The notes: generated by a model not told the origin, from the letters alone. 64,000 nucleotides of DNA from Bacteroidia bacterium (GCA_030427635.1 JAUIBA010000017.1:231-64230); one strand, 5' to 3'; shown: positions 35,701-45,674, counted from the first letter of the stretch. A program made the numbers and translations.

Positions 35701-35860
35701 TGTATGTGATATGACAGGAAAAGTAGTGGCGCACACAGATGCAGGCCTGCAGGGCTCCGGTGATTATGTACAGTCTGTATCGGGCCTTGCAAAAGGTATC
35801 TATGTAGTAAAGCTAAAAGCAGGCGCTACCATCCTTTCAGGAAAGCTGGTAAAACTCTAA
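32762..35860 (+). CDS. T9SS-secreted phospholipase D-superfamily protein with four Fn3 domains
   Basis: HNKVVIID and HNKMMTVD (two HKD motifs), Fn3 repeats (W...GA..Y...YR..G...W...L...L...T.YE.QV) and a CTD IYPNPA...GIYVVKL. The start may be ATG 32795. Confidence 0.9.
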   Translation: MRLFCTFNLKPMTTFYKSWGTAVRVLFFLSAICIITHSANAQILSYTNDVSGALNMVTTNATGTPMTRVNGAATPGAPCGSGLTVSAFTSATVYNTGLPAVEVTVTPDAGFTLNVTGFSAEMRRSGSGPDFVRFAYSTNGGITWIDQGINMLPNDGSCGMTAPGSWTTSVSVPAPLDLRLRLYGFGAASASGTLQLLNVLIDGSVSTSATCAIPPGLTATLVTSSSATLAWSAIPGALSYNVRYRPTGSSTWNFTGAAGPTTILSSLVAGTVYECEVETVCTSGNSGYSASTFFTTSAATVASASSGRMAVYFNRPVDTSVSTGEYAIYLNNAMADTLIAYLNRAKFTVDIAQYNYNQSASYSSIADAINACIARGVRVRWIYDGHESNTGIALLDTAVHTLASPTTSTYGLMHNKVVIIDAMSNDPMDAVVSTGSTVWGVNQFNNDYNNTIFIQDSALAHAYLDHFNMMWGDTGSYPNPVLSKFGPNKTDLGRHIFHIGGKTVELYFSPCDHTDAHIQTAINSANTDLYFGMFTFTMAADASAIVSRHTAGVYTPGIVDENSTLASPAYPILTAGLGSLMKTHTGFVIYHNKMMTVDPSNTCSDPLVLTGSHNWTNAAETKNDENTLIIHNDTIANIYYQSFKENYSDMGGTLTPMPACTTASCGTPFGLTTTSVTTSTAIVEWAVLSGAVSYTIHYRIVGTTTWSTTSSASNTITLTSLTPASVYEFEVQAVCVAGAGAFSSPATFTTPAPPCSIPSGLTISAIDTDVAVLSWVAVAGATGYNVQYREAGTTMWTTLPASTNTLTISGLLTNTSYEYQVQVLCSSGSSAYSSPYTFTTLASPPTVTCTAPGTLMPPVLSVATTSAVLRWAAVPGATLYQVRYHIAGTSTWLTTSSATNTVTVLGLAAGTTYEFQVRTVCTGGTTSSYGGSSLFVTYSSTGVTTVTPGNEAYMNIYPNPATEGTGIYYHLSTAQHVTLDVCDMTGKVVAHTDAGLQGSGDYVQSVSGLAKGIYVVKLKAGATILSGKLVKL

Positions 35861-36396
35861 CTGCAACCCTCTGTCTCGTGCAGGACTGTAACTGCCAAGG
35901 GATAGTATGTGATTTTACAATAAGTGCCATTGTCGCAGGTGGTGCGCTCATAAGTAGCAACAAGGTGCTCAGGGAGTAATGTTCCGGGGGCACCTTGTTC
36001 TGCATAAGAGGCGTATGCCTCTGAGCTATCAAAAACATTTACCACTATGGGCGTGCCAGGAGCTGCCTGTGCAATAAGGTCATTAAAGATATCGCGGCAG
36101 TAGGCTTTGTAGGTATCTATGCGGGGGTCCAGCGCACGCATCACTACATTATATTCTGTACGGGTACTGCCACCACTGCTTATGTAACGCTTGTGTAGTT
36201 CAAACCCCAGCAGATCGGCACTGTCGGTGCAGAGGATAGTTTTATATACCGTCTTAGTAGTGAATATACTATCTGCGGCAGGCTTACCCAGCCCGTTTTG
36301 CATATAATTCATATCGCTGCGGAAAGCAACGTATGTAAGTGATAGTGACAACGCACCCAGTATGGTACGCACAAGTATTTTCCGGTTGAGTGGCAT
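35857..36396 (-). CDS. Hypothetical membrane-anchored or exported protein
   Basis: 179-aa ORF with an N-terminal hydrophobic segment. Its stop overlaps the convergent PLD stop by 4 bp. Confidence 0.65.
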   Translation of the reverse strand: MPLNRKILVRTILGALSLSLTYVAFRSDMNYMQNGLGKPAADSIFTTKTVYKTILCTDSADLLGFELHKRYISSGGSTRTEYNVVMRALDPRIDTYKAYCRDIFNDLIAQAAPGTPIVVNVFDSSEAYASYAEQGAPGTLLPEHLVATYERTTCDNGTYCKITYYPLAVTVLHETEGCS

Positions 36397-36562
36397 AGCA
36401 GTGGCAGATGATGAACAGATACAAATATATAATAGTATGATACAGACTATATGAGTGCGGAAGGGCTATTAACATTATTTTACCATGCATGAAACCTGAC
36501 AACGGTACAGAATAATGCCGGTGAAATGTGGTAACTTACACTGAATAAAGCAGGCGGAAAAG

Positions 36563-38959
36563 ATGAACAGAAGTATCAGAAAAGTAGCCATTATAGGCAG
36601 TGGGGTAATGGGCTCGCGTATAGCGTGCCATTTTGCAGGTATAGGTGTGCAGGTGCTGCTGCTGGACATTGTGCCACGCGCACTTACAGATGCTGAAACA
36701 GCAAAGGGATTAACCCTGGCAAGCAAGCAGGTGCGTAACCGTATAGTCAATGACGCACTGCAGGCTACACTGAAGAGTAAACCATCGGCAGTATATACCC
36801 GCAGTGTAGCTGCACGGGTAACAACCGGCAATATAGATGACGACCTGCACCGTATAGCCGACTGCGACTGGATAATGGAAGTGGTAATAGAGCGGCTGGA
36901 TATAAAACAACAGCTTTTTGAGAAGATAGAGCAGTACCGGAAACCCGGTACCCTTATCAGCTCCAATACTTCCGGCATTCCTATACGGCTGATGAATGAA
37001 GGGCGCAGCGAAGATTTTTGCAGGCACTTCTGCGGCACACACTTTTTCAATCCGCCCCGCTATCTGCGCCTGCTGGAGATAATACCCGGGCCGGATACTA
37101 AACCTGAGGTAATAGATTTTCTCTCGGACTATGGCAGCCGCCATCTGGGTAAGAGTACAGTAGTATGTAAGGATACTCCTGCATTTATAGCTAACCGCGT
37201 AGGTGTGTTTGGGTTCATGGCAGTATTCAAAGCTATGCAGGACCTAGACCTGAACATAGATGAAGTGGACTCACTTACGGGTACCATTATGGGGCGGCCT
37301 AAATCGGCCACGTTCCGCACCGGTGATGTGGTGGGGCTGGATACACTGGTAATGGTAGCAAAGAACCTGCCTGCCAATGTGCCTGATGATGAGGCAAAAG
37401 ATATATTTACCGTACCACCGTTTATAGATACCATGCTGGCTAACAAGTGGCTGGGCGATAAGACGGGGCAGGGTTTCTACAAAAAAGTAAAGGGCGAAAA
37501 AAAGGAGATACTGACGCTGAACCTGAAAACCATGGAATATGGCCCTAAGGTAAAGACAAAGTTTGCCACTATAGAAGCTGCCAAACCAATTGATGACCTC
37601 AAACAGCGTCTTGTGGCACTGTATAGCGGTGGCGATAAGGCGGGGGCATTCTACCGTCAGTTTCATCACCTGCTGTTTGCCTACATATCTAACCGTATAC
37701 CGGAAATAAGTGATGAGCTGTACAAGATAGATGATGCCCTCAAAGCCGGATTTGGCTGGGAGATAGGCGCATTTGAAAGCTGGGATGCCCTGGGTGTGAA
37801 ACGGGTGCTGGGTAAGATGAAAGAGGCAGGCATGCAGGTAGCACCATGGATAGATGAAATGCTGGCTGCGGGCATAACTACCTTTTACAAAACAGAGAAC
37901 GGGAAGAAGCTCTATTACGACCAGCAAAGCAAAAGCTATAAGCCGGTGCCGGGTAGTGGCTCATTCATAATACTGGAGCAGCTAAGCGATAATGTAGTAT
38001 GGAAAAACAGCGCCTGTAAGCTGTATGATATTGGAGATGGTATAGCAGCCTTTAGCTGGAACTCCAAAATGAATACGATAGGAGGTGAGGTGCTGGATGG
38101 CATGCAGAAAGCCGTAGCCAAAGCCGAGGAGCAGTTTCACGGACTAGTGCTGGCCAACAGCGGCGCCAACTTCAGCGCCGGGGCCAATGTAGGTCTGATA
38201 TTCATGTATGCGGTGGAGCAGGAGTATGACGAGCTGGACCTTGCCGTACGTATGTTTCAGGCATCTACCATGAGGCTGCGGTATAGCAGTATACCTGTAG
38301 TGGTAGCACCACATGGCCTGACACTGGGCGGCGGCTGTGAGATATGCCTGCATGCTGATGCTGTACAGGCCGCGGCAGAGAGCTATATAGGACTTGTGGA
38401 AGTGGGCGTAGGCCTCATTCCCGGCGGTGGCGGCAGCAAGGAAATGGCTGTGCGGGCAGGCGACCGAAACATAAAAGAGGATATAGAGGTGAACTACCTG
38501 CAACAGTTGTTTATAAACGTAGGTACCGCCAAAGTATCGACATCGGCACATGAGGCATTTGAGAACCATGTATTGCGCCCGGGCCATGACGGTATATCGG
38601 TAAATGTGGACCGCCGCATAGCGGATGCAAAACGTAAGGCTTTACTGTTGTGGGAGCAGGGCTATACACAGCCTGCACCACGCACTGACATAAAAGTACA
38701 GGGCCGTGGGGGCATGGGCGGCTTACTGGCTGGTGTACACGGCATGTGGCGCGGCAACTACATAAGTGACCATGACCGGCTTATAGCCGAAAAACTGGCA
38801 CATGTGATGTGTGGCGGAGACCTCACTGCAGCGTCAGTAGTAAGTGAGCAATACCTGCTGGACCTGGAGCGGGAAGCATTCCTGAGCCTGTGCGGACAGA
38901 AGAAAACACTGGAACGCCTGCAGAGCATACTCACTACCGGCAAGCCCCTAAGAAACTGA
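36563..38959 (+). CDS. 3-hydroxyacyl-CoA dehydrogenase/enoyl-CoA hydratase (FadN-like)
   Basis: GSGVMG Rossmann motif, SNTSGI, HFFNPPRY and a crotonase domain LGGGCE...GLVEVGVGLIPGGGG. Confidence 0.95.
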   Translation: MNRSIRKVAIIGSGVMGSRIACHFAGIGVQVLLLDIVPRALTDAETAKGLTLASKQVRNRIVNDALQATLKSKPSAVYTRSVAARVTTGNIDDDLHRIADCDWIMEVVIERLDIKQQLFEKIEQYRKPGTLISSNTSGIPIRLMNEGRSEDFCRHFCGTHFFNPPRYLRLLEIIPGPDTKPEVIDFLSDYGSRHLGKSTVVCKDTPAFIANRVGVFGFMAVFKAMQDLDLNIDEVDSLTGTIMGRPKSATFRTGDVVGLDTLVMVAKNLPANVPDDEAKDIFTVPPFIDTMLANKWLGDKTGQGFYKKVKGEKKEILTLNLKTMEYGPKVKTKFATIEAAKPIDDLKQRLVALYSGGDKAGAFYRQFHHLLFAYISNRIPEISDELYKIDDALKAGFGWEIGAFESWDALGVKRVLGKMKEAGMQVAPWIDEMLAAGITTFYKTENGKKLYYDQQSKSYKPVPGSGSFIILEQLSDNVVWKNSACKLYDIGDGIAAFSWNSKMNTIGGEVLDGMQKAVAKAEEQFHGLVLANSGANFSAGANVGLIFMYAVEQEYDELDLAVRMFQASTMRLRYSSIPVVVAPHGLTLGGGCEICLHADAVQAAAESYIGLVEVGVGLIPGGGGSKEMAVRAGDRNIKEDIEVNYLQQLFINVGTAKVSTSAHEAFENHVLRPGHDGISVNVDRRIADAKRKALLLWEQGYTQPAPRTDIKVQGRGGMGGLLAGVHGMWRGNYISDHDRLIAEKLAHVMCGGDLTAASVVSEQYLLDLEREAFLSLCGQKKTLERLQSILTTGKPLRN

Positions 38960-39022
38960 CGCAGTACCGTAGTAGTATAAAAAACAGTTTTTAATACGAC
39001 CTTTGCCGGAAATTGCACGTAC

Positions 39023-39463
39023 ATGCCGGCAAAATTTTATGAGCAGGACGTAAAGTCGGGACTGAAAGATAAGAGAAAGCTATCGGCCTTTCTGGATGGT
39101 GTAGTGGCAAAATACCGCCCCGGCACTACCCGGGTATCGCTTACTTATATCTTCTGCAGTGATGCGCATCTGCTGGAGATGAACCAGCAATTCCTGAATC
39201 ATGATACGCTTACCGATATCATCACCTTTGACCTGACCGAAAAGACGGAACAGCTAACCGGTGAGATATACATAAGCACAGAGCGTATAGCTGATAATGC
39301 AGCCAAGTATAAAGTGCCTGTAACTGAAGAGCTCCACCGTGTTATATTTCACGGGGCGCTGCACCTATGCGGCTTTAAAGACAAGAAAGAAGCAGACAAA
39401 AAAGTAATGAGGCAGAAGGAAGACGAGTGTCTGGCTGCATGGAAAGAAGAACTTACAAAATGA
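39023..39463 (+). CDS. ybeY: rRNA maturation endoribonuclease YbeY
   Basis: TDIITF and HGALHLCGF (H3xH5xH-like) motifs. Confidence 0.95.
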   Translation: MPAKFYEQDVKSGLKDKRKLSAFLDGVVAKYRPGTTRVSLTYIFCSDAHLLEMNQQFLNHDTLTDIITFDLTEKTEQLTGEIYISTERIADNAAKYKVPVTEELHRVIFHGALHLCGFKDKKEADKKVMRQKEDECLAAWKEELTK

Positions 39464-40191
39464 AGATAGAGATACTGTATGAAGATAATGACCTGATGGT
39501 AGTGAATAAGCCAGCAGGTATGCTGGTAGTACCGGACAGGTTTAATGATGCCATCCCGGCACTGAATAAGGAGCTGGAAAAGCAGATGGGTCATAAAGTA
39601 TGGGTGGTGCACCGTATAGACCGTGATACCAGTGGTGTGCTGTGTTTTGCAAAAAACGAGGCTACACACCGCTACCTGTCTATAGCATTTCAGGAGCGGG
39701 ATGTAAATAAGTTCTATGCTGGTCTGGTGAAGGGAGTGGTAGTGCCACAGGAAGGGCGTATAGAAAACTACCTGGCAGAGCACCCATCCGGCAATGGCAA
39801 GATGATAGTGGCCCGTAAAGGGAAACTGGCTGTTACCGACTATAAAGTAGCAGAGCAATGGCCTCTGTATGCCCTTATGCAGTTCCAGATTCATACCGGC
39901 CGCACACACCAGATACGTGTACATATGAAGTCTATAGGACATCCCCTGGCGTGCGATGAGCTTTATGGCGATGGTAAACCCTTCCTGCTGTCTGACATCA
40001 AACGAAAGTACCGGATATCGGGGAAGGATGAGGAGGAGCGGCCACTGATGAGCAGACTGGCACTACATGCCTACCGGCTGGAATTTGCCCGTGAGGATGG
40101 TACGCTGATATCGGTAGAGTCGCCACTGCCAAAAGATATAGCAGCCTGTGTGAACCAGCTAAACAAGTGGACACCACCACAGAAAGATTAA
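39460..40191 (+). CDS. RluA-family pseudouridine synthase
   Basis: VHRIDRDTSG, TGRTHQIRVH and LHAY motifs. ATGA overlap with ybeY. Confidence 0.95.
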   Translation: MKIEILYEDNDLMVVNKPAGMLVVPDRFNDAIPALNKELEKQMGHKVWVVHRIDRDTSGVLCFAKNEATHRYLSIAFQERDVNKFYAGLVKGVVVPQEGRIENYLAEHPSGNGKMIVARKGKLAVTDYKVAEQWPLYALMQFQIHTGRTHQIRVHMKSIGHPLACDELYGDGKPFLLSDIKRKYRISGKDEEERPLMSRLALHAYRLEFAREDGTLISVESPLPKDIAACVNQLNKWTPPQKD

Positions 40192-40277
40192 AAAAACACC
40201 GGAGGCAGTACGTTACATATTCCCTGACAGGAATAATGTAACATGATTGCGTATATGAGTTTACTTACTTTTGTGTC

Positions 40278-40871
40278 ATGCGGCGTATAGCATCCGTTCT
40301 TTTCCGTTCATTTCTGCAGGGACTGCTACTCATCAGTCCTATAGTTATCACTGCCTATCTGCTCTATGTGATATTTGACAGCGTTGACGGCCTTGTCCCC
40401 TCCCGGGCCATACCCCGGGGTCTGGGTTTCCCACTCATCATAGCAGCCATTACAGCTATTGGCTATCTGGGTACCCGTTTCTTTCTGGGACGCTGGCTGT
40501 TTGATGCCTTCGAGTTTCTGATGAGCCATACACCGGGTGTAAAGTTCATCTACTCATCTATACGTGATGTGGTGAGCTCTTTTGTAGGTGATAAAAAACG
40601 CTTCAATAAACCGGTATGGGTAAGGGTAAATACCACGCCCGAAGTATGGCGTATAGGATTCCTGACACAAAAAGACATGGAGCCACTGGGTATGCCCGGT
40701 AAGGTAGCAGTATATATGCCACATGCCTATGCTATATCGGGCTGGGTAATAGTGGTGGACCGCAACGATACCAAGCGTGTTACAGAAATGAATGCAGGGG
40801 AGGCGATGAAGTTTGCCGTAAGTGGTGGCGTAACTACTGTAGAAGAATCTGACCATGAAAAGAAAGATTAA
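40278..40871 (+). CDS. DUF502 family membrane protein
   Basis: Two N-terminal TM segments, PGVKFIYSSIRD and AMKFAVSGG motifs. TACTTTTG promoter at 40266-40273. Confidence 0.9.
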   Translation: MRRIASVLFRSFLQGLLLISPIVITAYLLYVIFDSVDGLVPSRAIPRGLGFPLIIAAITAIGYLGTRFFLGRWLFDAFEFLMSHTPGVKFIYSSIRDVVSSFVGDKKRFNKPVWVRVNTTPEVWRIGFLTQKDMEPLGMPGKVAVYMPHAYAISGWVIVVDRNDTKRVTEMNAGEAMKFAVSGGVTTVEESDHEKKD

Positions 40872-41931
40872 CTTCAGTCCGGGGCCGGCAATACTGCCGG
40901 AGAGCGTGCTGCAACAACTGGCAGCTGCTACGCTGGAGTATGAAGGAACAGGCATAGCGCTGCCGGAACTACAGCATCGCGGACCAGAGTTTGCGGCCAT
41001 ACTGGAGGAAAGCAAGGCACTGGTGAGGGAACTGTGCCGCATAGGAGATGACTATGAAGTACTGTTCCTACATGGTGGCGGGCGGCTACAGTTCTGCATG
41101 GTGCCGATGAACTTTCTGCCTGACGGTAAAACAGCAGCATTTATAGATACAGGCCAGTGGGCACATGAAGCAATGGAGTATGCGGCATACTATGGTAATG
41201 CCAGCATCATAGCATCATCGAAAGAGAGTGGTTATGCCGCACTACCTGCGTGGCCACAGCAACTGCCTGCTGATACTGCCTACCTCCACATTACTACCAA
41301 TAACACCATATATGGCACACAATGGGATGATGTACCTGCTACCACTGCCCCCCTTATAGCTGATATGAGCAGCGATATACTGAGTTGCCCCCGTGACTAT
41401 AGCCGATACGCAATGTTCTATGCGGCGGCACAGAAAAATCTGGGTATGGCCGGTGTGGCACTGGCCGTAATACATAAGGATATGCTACGCACAGATGTGC
41501 GCCGCATACCACCTATGCTCAGCTATATGGCACAGGTGGCACAAAACTCTGTACTGAATACCGCCAACATAGTGGGAATATATACCACGCTGCTTATGCT
41601 GCGCTGGACAAAGGAAAAGGGTATGGCCGCAATAGCGCAGGAAAACAGAGACAAAGCGCAACTACTATACGACCATCTGGATAACAGTAACATTTTTATA
41701 CCCCGTGTAAAAGATACCGCGCACAGGAGCCTGATGAATGTATGCTTCACGGCCATAACGCCGGTGCATGAAACTGCATTCCTGCAATGGACAGCTGAGC
41801 GGAATATAACGGGGATAAAAGGACACCGATATGCGGGTGCATTCAGAGCATCACTGTATAATGCAGTGCCGCTGAGTGATGTACAATATCTGGTGAATAC
41901 GATGAAAGAATATGAGCAGCAGCACCAATGA
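40855..41931 (+). CDS. serC: Phosphoserine aminotransferase
   Basis: NFSPGPA, GGRLQF, ADMSSD, AQKNLG (PLP lysine) and FRASLYNA motifs. Confidence 0.95.
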   Translation: MKRKINFSPGPAILPESVLQQLAAATLEYEGTGIALPELQHRGPEFAAILEESKALVRELCRIGDDYEVLFLHGGGRLQFCMVPMNFLPDGKTAAFIDTGQWAHEAMEYAAYYGNASIIASSKESGYAALPAWPQQLPADTAYLHITTNNTIYGTQWDDVPATTAPLIADMSSDILSCPRDYSRYAMFYAAAQKNLGMAGVALAVIHKDMLRTDVRRIPPMLSYMAQVAQNSVLNTANIVGIYTTLLMLRWTKEKGMAAIAQENRDKAQLLYDHLDNSNIFIPRVKDTAHRSLMNVCFTAITPVHETAFLQWTAERNITGIKGHRYAGAFRASLYNAVPLSDVQYLVNTMKEYEQQHQ

Positions 41932-41953
41932 GTGATGCTGCTACCCATTCTAT

Positions 41954-43789
41954 TTACTGTGCTACCAGTATCTTACCTGTTTCTGTAATGCCGCTACTAT
42001 GCTGCACCTTCAACATATACATACCTGCCGAAAGCTGTGGTAGCTGAATCTTTCCGCTACTGCCAAGCATGCCCTGGCCTACTTCACGACCGCTCATATC
42101 CTGCAATGAATAATGTCCTGTAACAGATGGCGACACGATACTGATGTAAGCGCCAGACACAGCAGGTACAGGATATACCGAAAATGAACTTTCTACCTCA
42201 GGACCTGCCGATATTCCCGCAGGCAATATCCTGCGACCGATGCCATTAAGCGATACACTACCCCCCCAGCCACCGGCATTGCCGGTAACGAAATCACCAC
42301 CAAAGTATAAATCCCCATCGAACAGGGTCATCACATTGACGGTACTATCTGTAATAGGCCACATATCATATCCATTGAGCACAATGCAGTTTGCCCCGCT
42401 AGTACCCATAAAAGGAGAAAACGAAAAGCTGCCACCCACATTTAACATGGTCCCCTCTGCACAAAGTGTATTGAATGACAACTCACCAGAACGACCGGGG
42501 TGAAAACCTGATAAATCATAACCTGACGACCAGTAAGATACCCATTCATTACCGCGAAGTTTTACGACAAGGGTTGTTGTATCTGTAGCATGTGTGCGCC
42601 TGCATACAGCATATGCAGTATCTCCCATAACCGCTATATCCTTTACTTCATTGTTGAGGCCAGTGGTAAAAGTCTGAAATGAATTAGTCTCATCGTAACG
42701 GATGATATTTGTGGGAGTACCCATATAGTCAAAATCACCTCCCAGTATCAGTGATGAGCCTACAACCTCCATTGTATTTACCTTCCCTGTAAGCCCTGCT
42801 ACGGGCTGCCACATGCCCATATCCCACCGGGCAAAGGCTGACCCGCCAGATACAATACCACAACCATAAAAGTCGCCTGCGGCATATAATTTCCCTTCGA
42901 ATACAGCGAGGTCTCTCACTGTGCCGTAAACACAACCTGCCTCATGCCATGTACTACCATCCCACCGGGCAATGTTGGTAACGGCTACACCACCCGCATT
43001 GGAGAAAGCGCCACCTATAAAAATGTCAGAACCCAGCTTTGCTACGGCATAAACCGGACCATCTACTCCGTCGCCCATATTATACCATGTATATACGCCC
43101 GCCGTTTTTGTAACATAGGCGATATTCCCTACTGCCAATGTACCATCGGCATGTGTAAAGGAGCCAGCTACATACAGTCTGCCCGATGCTTCATCAGCCA
43201 TCAGCTCGCTCACAGAACCATTCACCCCGGTACCGATGGCAGCACAACCGTAAGATGGCGGATACCCGGGCTGTATCCACGCCAGCTCATCGACTGTAAA
43301 GCCATGCTCTGTAGCCCATACCGGCAGCTCTTTGTACTTCATCTGCCGCACATAGGCCAGATTGGTCCTGGCAGCTATCATGCGCGATACGTGCTCATAA
43401 CCTGATGCTTTGAGCAGATAGCCTACGGCACAGAAATTATTGTAGCGGTCTATGAAAATGGGGGTACGATAGTTGTACAAATCATTGACAGGAAAATTGC
43501 CGGTCTGCCAGTATTCATGTAAATCATTGAGGCTCTCTGTACGTAAGCGCGCCTGCTGCGGCGTAAGGTGGCGCATATCGCGTGCGCGCAATGTACGCTC
43601 CACCAGCATCAGATGGGTTCTTATCCATTCGTGCCCGCTGCGGTCATGCCAGCCGGGCAATGCATCAGCATTGATGTCGGTCTGCTCATTCCAGCAACTG
43701 TTTACTTCTGCAAGTTTGGTAAGGGTCTTGTTTCTTCCATAGGAGGTGAAACAAATGATACAGATAAAAAGGGTAAATAGTTTGTTCAT
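41954..43789 (-). CDS. T9SS-secreted protein: uncharacterised N-terminal domain, beta-propeller-like repeats and CTD
   Basis: Signal peptide, FPVN...RTPIFID...CAVGYLL block, repeats of the LYVAGSFT...NIA...W pattern, and a CTD VYPVPA...GMYMLKV. Confidence 0.85.
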   Translation of the reverse strand: MNKLFTLFICIICFTSYGRNKTLTKLAEVNSCWNEQTDINADALPGWHDRSGHEWIRTHLMLVERTLRARDMRHLTPQQARLRTESLNDLHEYWQTGNFPVNDLYNYRTPIFIDRYNNFCAVGYLLKASGYEHVSRMIAARTNLAYVRQMKYKELPVWATEHGFTVDELAWIQPGYPPSYGCAAIGTGVNGSVSELMADEASGRLYVAGSFTHADGTLAVGNIAYVTKTAGVYTWYNMGDGVDGPVYAVAKLGSDIFIGGAFSNAGGVAVTNIARWDGSTWHEAGCVYGTVRDLAVFEGKLYAAGDFYGCGIVSGGSAFARWDMGMWQPVAGLTGKVNTMEVVGSSLILGGDFDYMGTPTNIIRYDETNSFQTFTTGLNNEVKDIAVMGDTAYAVCRRTHATDTTTLVVKLRGNEWVSYWSSGYDLSGFHPGRSGELSFNTLCAEGTMLNVGGSFSFSPFMGTSGANCIVLNGYDMWPITDSTVNVMTLFDGDLYFGGDFVTGNAGGWGGSVSLNGIGRRILPAGISAGPEVESSFSVYPVPAVSGAYISIVSPSVTGHYSLQDMSGREVGQGMLGSSGKIQLPQLSAGMYMLKVQHSSGITETGKILVAQ

Positions 43790-43944
43790 ACAAATAGCTA
43801 TTTAAGGTTAAGGAAAAAAAGCGCTATCGGGGAAACCCTGACATGAACAAAGGACTCAGAAAATATCCGTTACTTCCGGCAGACAGGGTTAATTCCGAAA
43901 TTAAGAAAGACTCATATATAAAACAAATAAAATTACGCAGTAGC

Positions 43945-44727
43945 TCAAGTAAGTATAAACTTATCTGCATCGCGCAGGAATGGCAGCTTATCGCGCACCT
44001 GCTGCAGAGTATCCATATCCAGCGTTATAGTATGCACGGCCTGCGTATGTGCATGCTGCCACAGCGGCTCGCCCAGTGGGTCAAATACGCTGCTATCGCC
44101 ACTGTAGCTGTTGCCCTTTGCATCTGTGCCTACCCTGTTTACCCCTACTACATAACACTGATTTTCTATAGCACGCGCCTGCAGCAGTGTTTTCCATGCC
44201 AGGCTGCGCTGCTGTGGCCAGTTAGCTACGTAGAGCAGCACATCATAAGCATCGCCTGCATTACGTGCCCATACCGGGAAACGCAGGTCATAGCATACCT
44301 GCAGATTAATGCGCCATCCGTTTACCTGTACTATCATGCGTGTATCACCGGCATGATAATGCCGGTCTTCACCGGCAAAGCCAAAAAGGTGCCGCTTATC
44401 ATAATACCCGATATGCCCATCGGGTTGCACCCATAGCATACGGTTGTAATAATTACCATCCTCTTCTATAATAAGGCTTCCGGTAAGAATGCATCTGTGT
44501 TTCGCGGCCATCGCCGCCATCCACTGTACGGCATTGCCATCCATTTTTTCTGCCAGCCTTTCAGGCGCCATACTGAAGCCGGTACTGAACATCTCTGGCA
44601 ATACAACCACATGCCGCGGCCCGGATATAGCATTCAGCAGTGACTCATAATGAGTCAGGTTTGCTGTTTTGTCTTCCCATTGTATATCGGTCTGTATAAG
44701 TGTGAAATGAAGCTGGCTGGATGGCAT
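43945..44727 (-). CDS. Carbon-nitrogen hydrolase (YafV/omega-amidase-like)
   Basis: LPEMFSTGF, YDKRHLF and CYDLRFP (E-K-C triad). Confidence 0.95.
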   Translation of the reverse strand: MPSSQLHFTLIQTDIQWEDKTANLTHYESLLNAISGPRHVVVLPEMFSTGFSMAPERLAEKMDGNAVQWMAAMAAKHRCILTGSLIIEEDGNYYNRMLWVQPDGHIGYYDKRHLFGFAGEDRHYHAGDTRMIVQVNGWRINLQVCYDLRFPVWARNAGDAYDVLLYVANWPQQRSLAWKTLLQARAIENQCYVVGVNRVGTDAKGNSYSGDSSVFDPLGEPLWQHAHTQAVHTITLDMDTLQQVRDKLPFLRDADKFILT

Positions 44728-44855
44728 ATAATAGTTTTAAAAACGTTGCGGCTGTACAAATTTAATAAGACCTCAGATGCAGACACATCAAAATATTCAG
44801 TATTCTGTGCGGGTTATTGGCGCACAGAGAGTAAATTTACCCGCAAATTTTCGCT

Positions 44856-45647
44856 TTGGCCCTTAAACAGCATCTGGACGATAAAGTACGCTTCGATCAG
44901 CAGGTAGATAACTCCCGCACCTATGTGGTCCCGTTCATAGAACGGACCAAGACCATTACTGCCGATACAACAGTGTTTGAAGTAGGCACTGCCGAAGGCG
45001 GTGTACTGGTGCCATTTCTGGAACGTGGCTGTAAATGTACGGGGGTAGATCTGGCTCCTGAGCGTATAGACCTGGCCAATGGGTTCCTGAGTTCTTATGT
45101 AGCAGACGGTAAAGCAAACATACTGCTGAAGAATATCTACGACGACGACTTTCTGCAGCAATACAAGGGCGCATTTGACATCATTATACTGAAGGATGTA
45201 ATAGAACACGTACCTGACCAGGAGGCATTTGTACCCTATCTGAAAAACTTCCTGCGCCCCGGTGGCCAGATATTTTTCGGCTTCCCGCCATGGTACATGC
45301 CCTTTGGCGGACACCAGCAGATATGCCGTACAAAGTGGGTAAGTAAAATACCCTGGTATCATATTTTACCACGCCCGCTATATAAGGGTGTACTGAAAAT
45401 GGCCGGCGAGCATGAAATAACCATAAAGGAGCTGATGGAAATAAAAGATACGCAGATAACCATTGAGCGTTTTGAGCGTATAGTAAAAGCCAGCGGTATG
45501 AAAATACTGTATAAGGAACACTTCCTTATCAACCCTATATACAAATATAAATTCGGGCTTCAGCCACGGAGACAGCTGGGCGTGATAACGTGGATTCCCT
45601 TTTTCAGAAACTTTGTTACTACCTGTGTGTATTATACCATAGGCTAA
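44856..45647 (+). CDS. Class I SAM-dependent methyltransferase
   Basis: VFEVGTAEGG motif I and FDIIILKDVIEHV. TTG start. Confidence 0.9.
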   Translation: MALKQHLDDKVRFDQQVDNSRTYVVPFIERTKTITADTTVFEVGTAEGGVLVPFLERGCKCTGVDLAPERIDLANGFLSSYVADGKANILLKNIYDDDFLQQYKGAFDIIILKDVIEHVPDQEAFVPYLKNFLRPGGQIFFGFPPWYMPFGGHQQICRTKWVSKIPWYHILPRPLYKGVLKMAGEHEITIKELMEIKDTQITIERFERIVKASGMKILYKEHFLINPIYKYKFGLQPRRQLGVITWIPFFRNFVTTCVYYTIG

Positions 45648-45674
45648 GACCATAAGCCTAAAAATGCGTAGCTG

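Noticed and set aside
32762-35860. PLD-domain protein as an anti-phage nuclease
   Set aside because: The signal peptide, Fn3 repeats and T9SS CTD indicate an extracellular role, and there is no defence-island context.
36475-38587. Multiple minus-strand ORFs of 105-218 aa
   Set aside because: They are antisense to the FadN-like gene.
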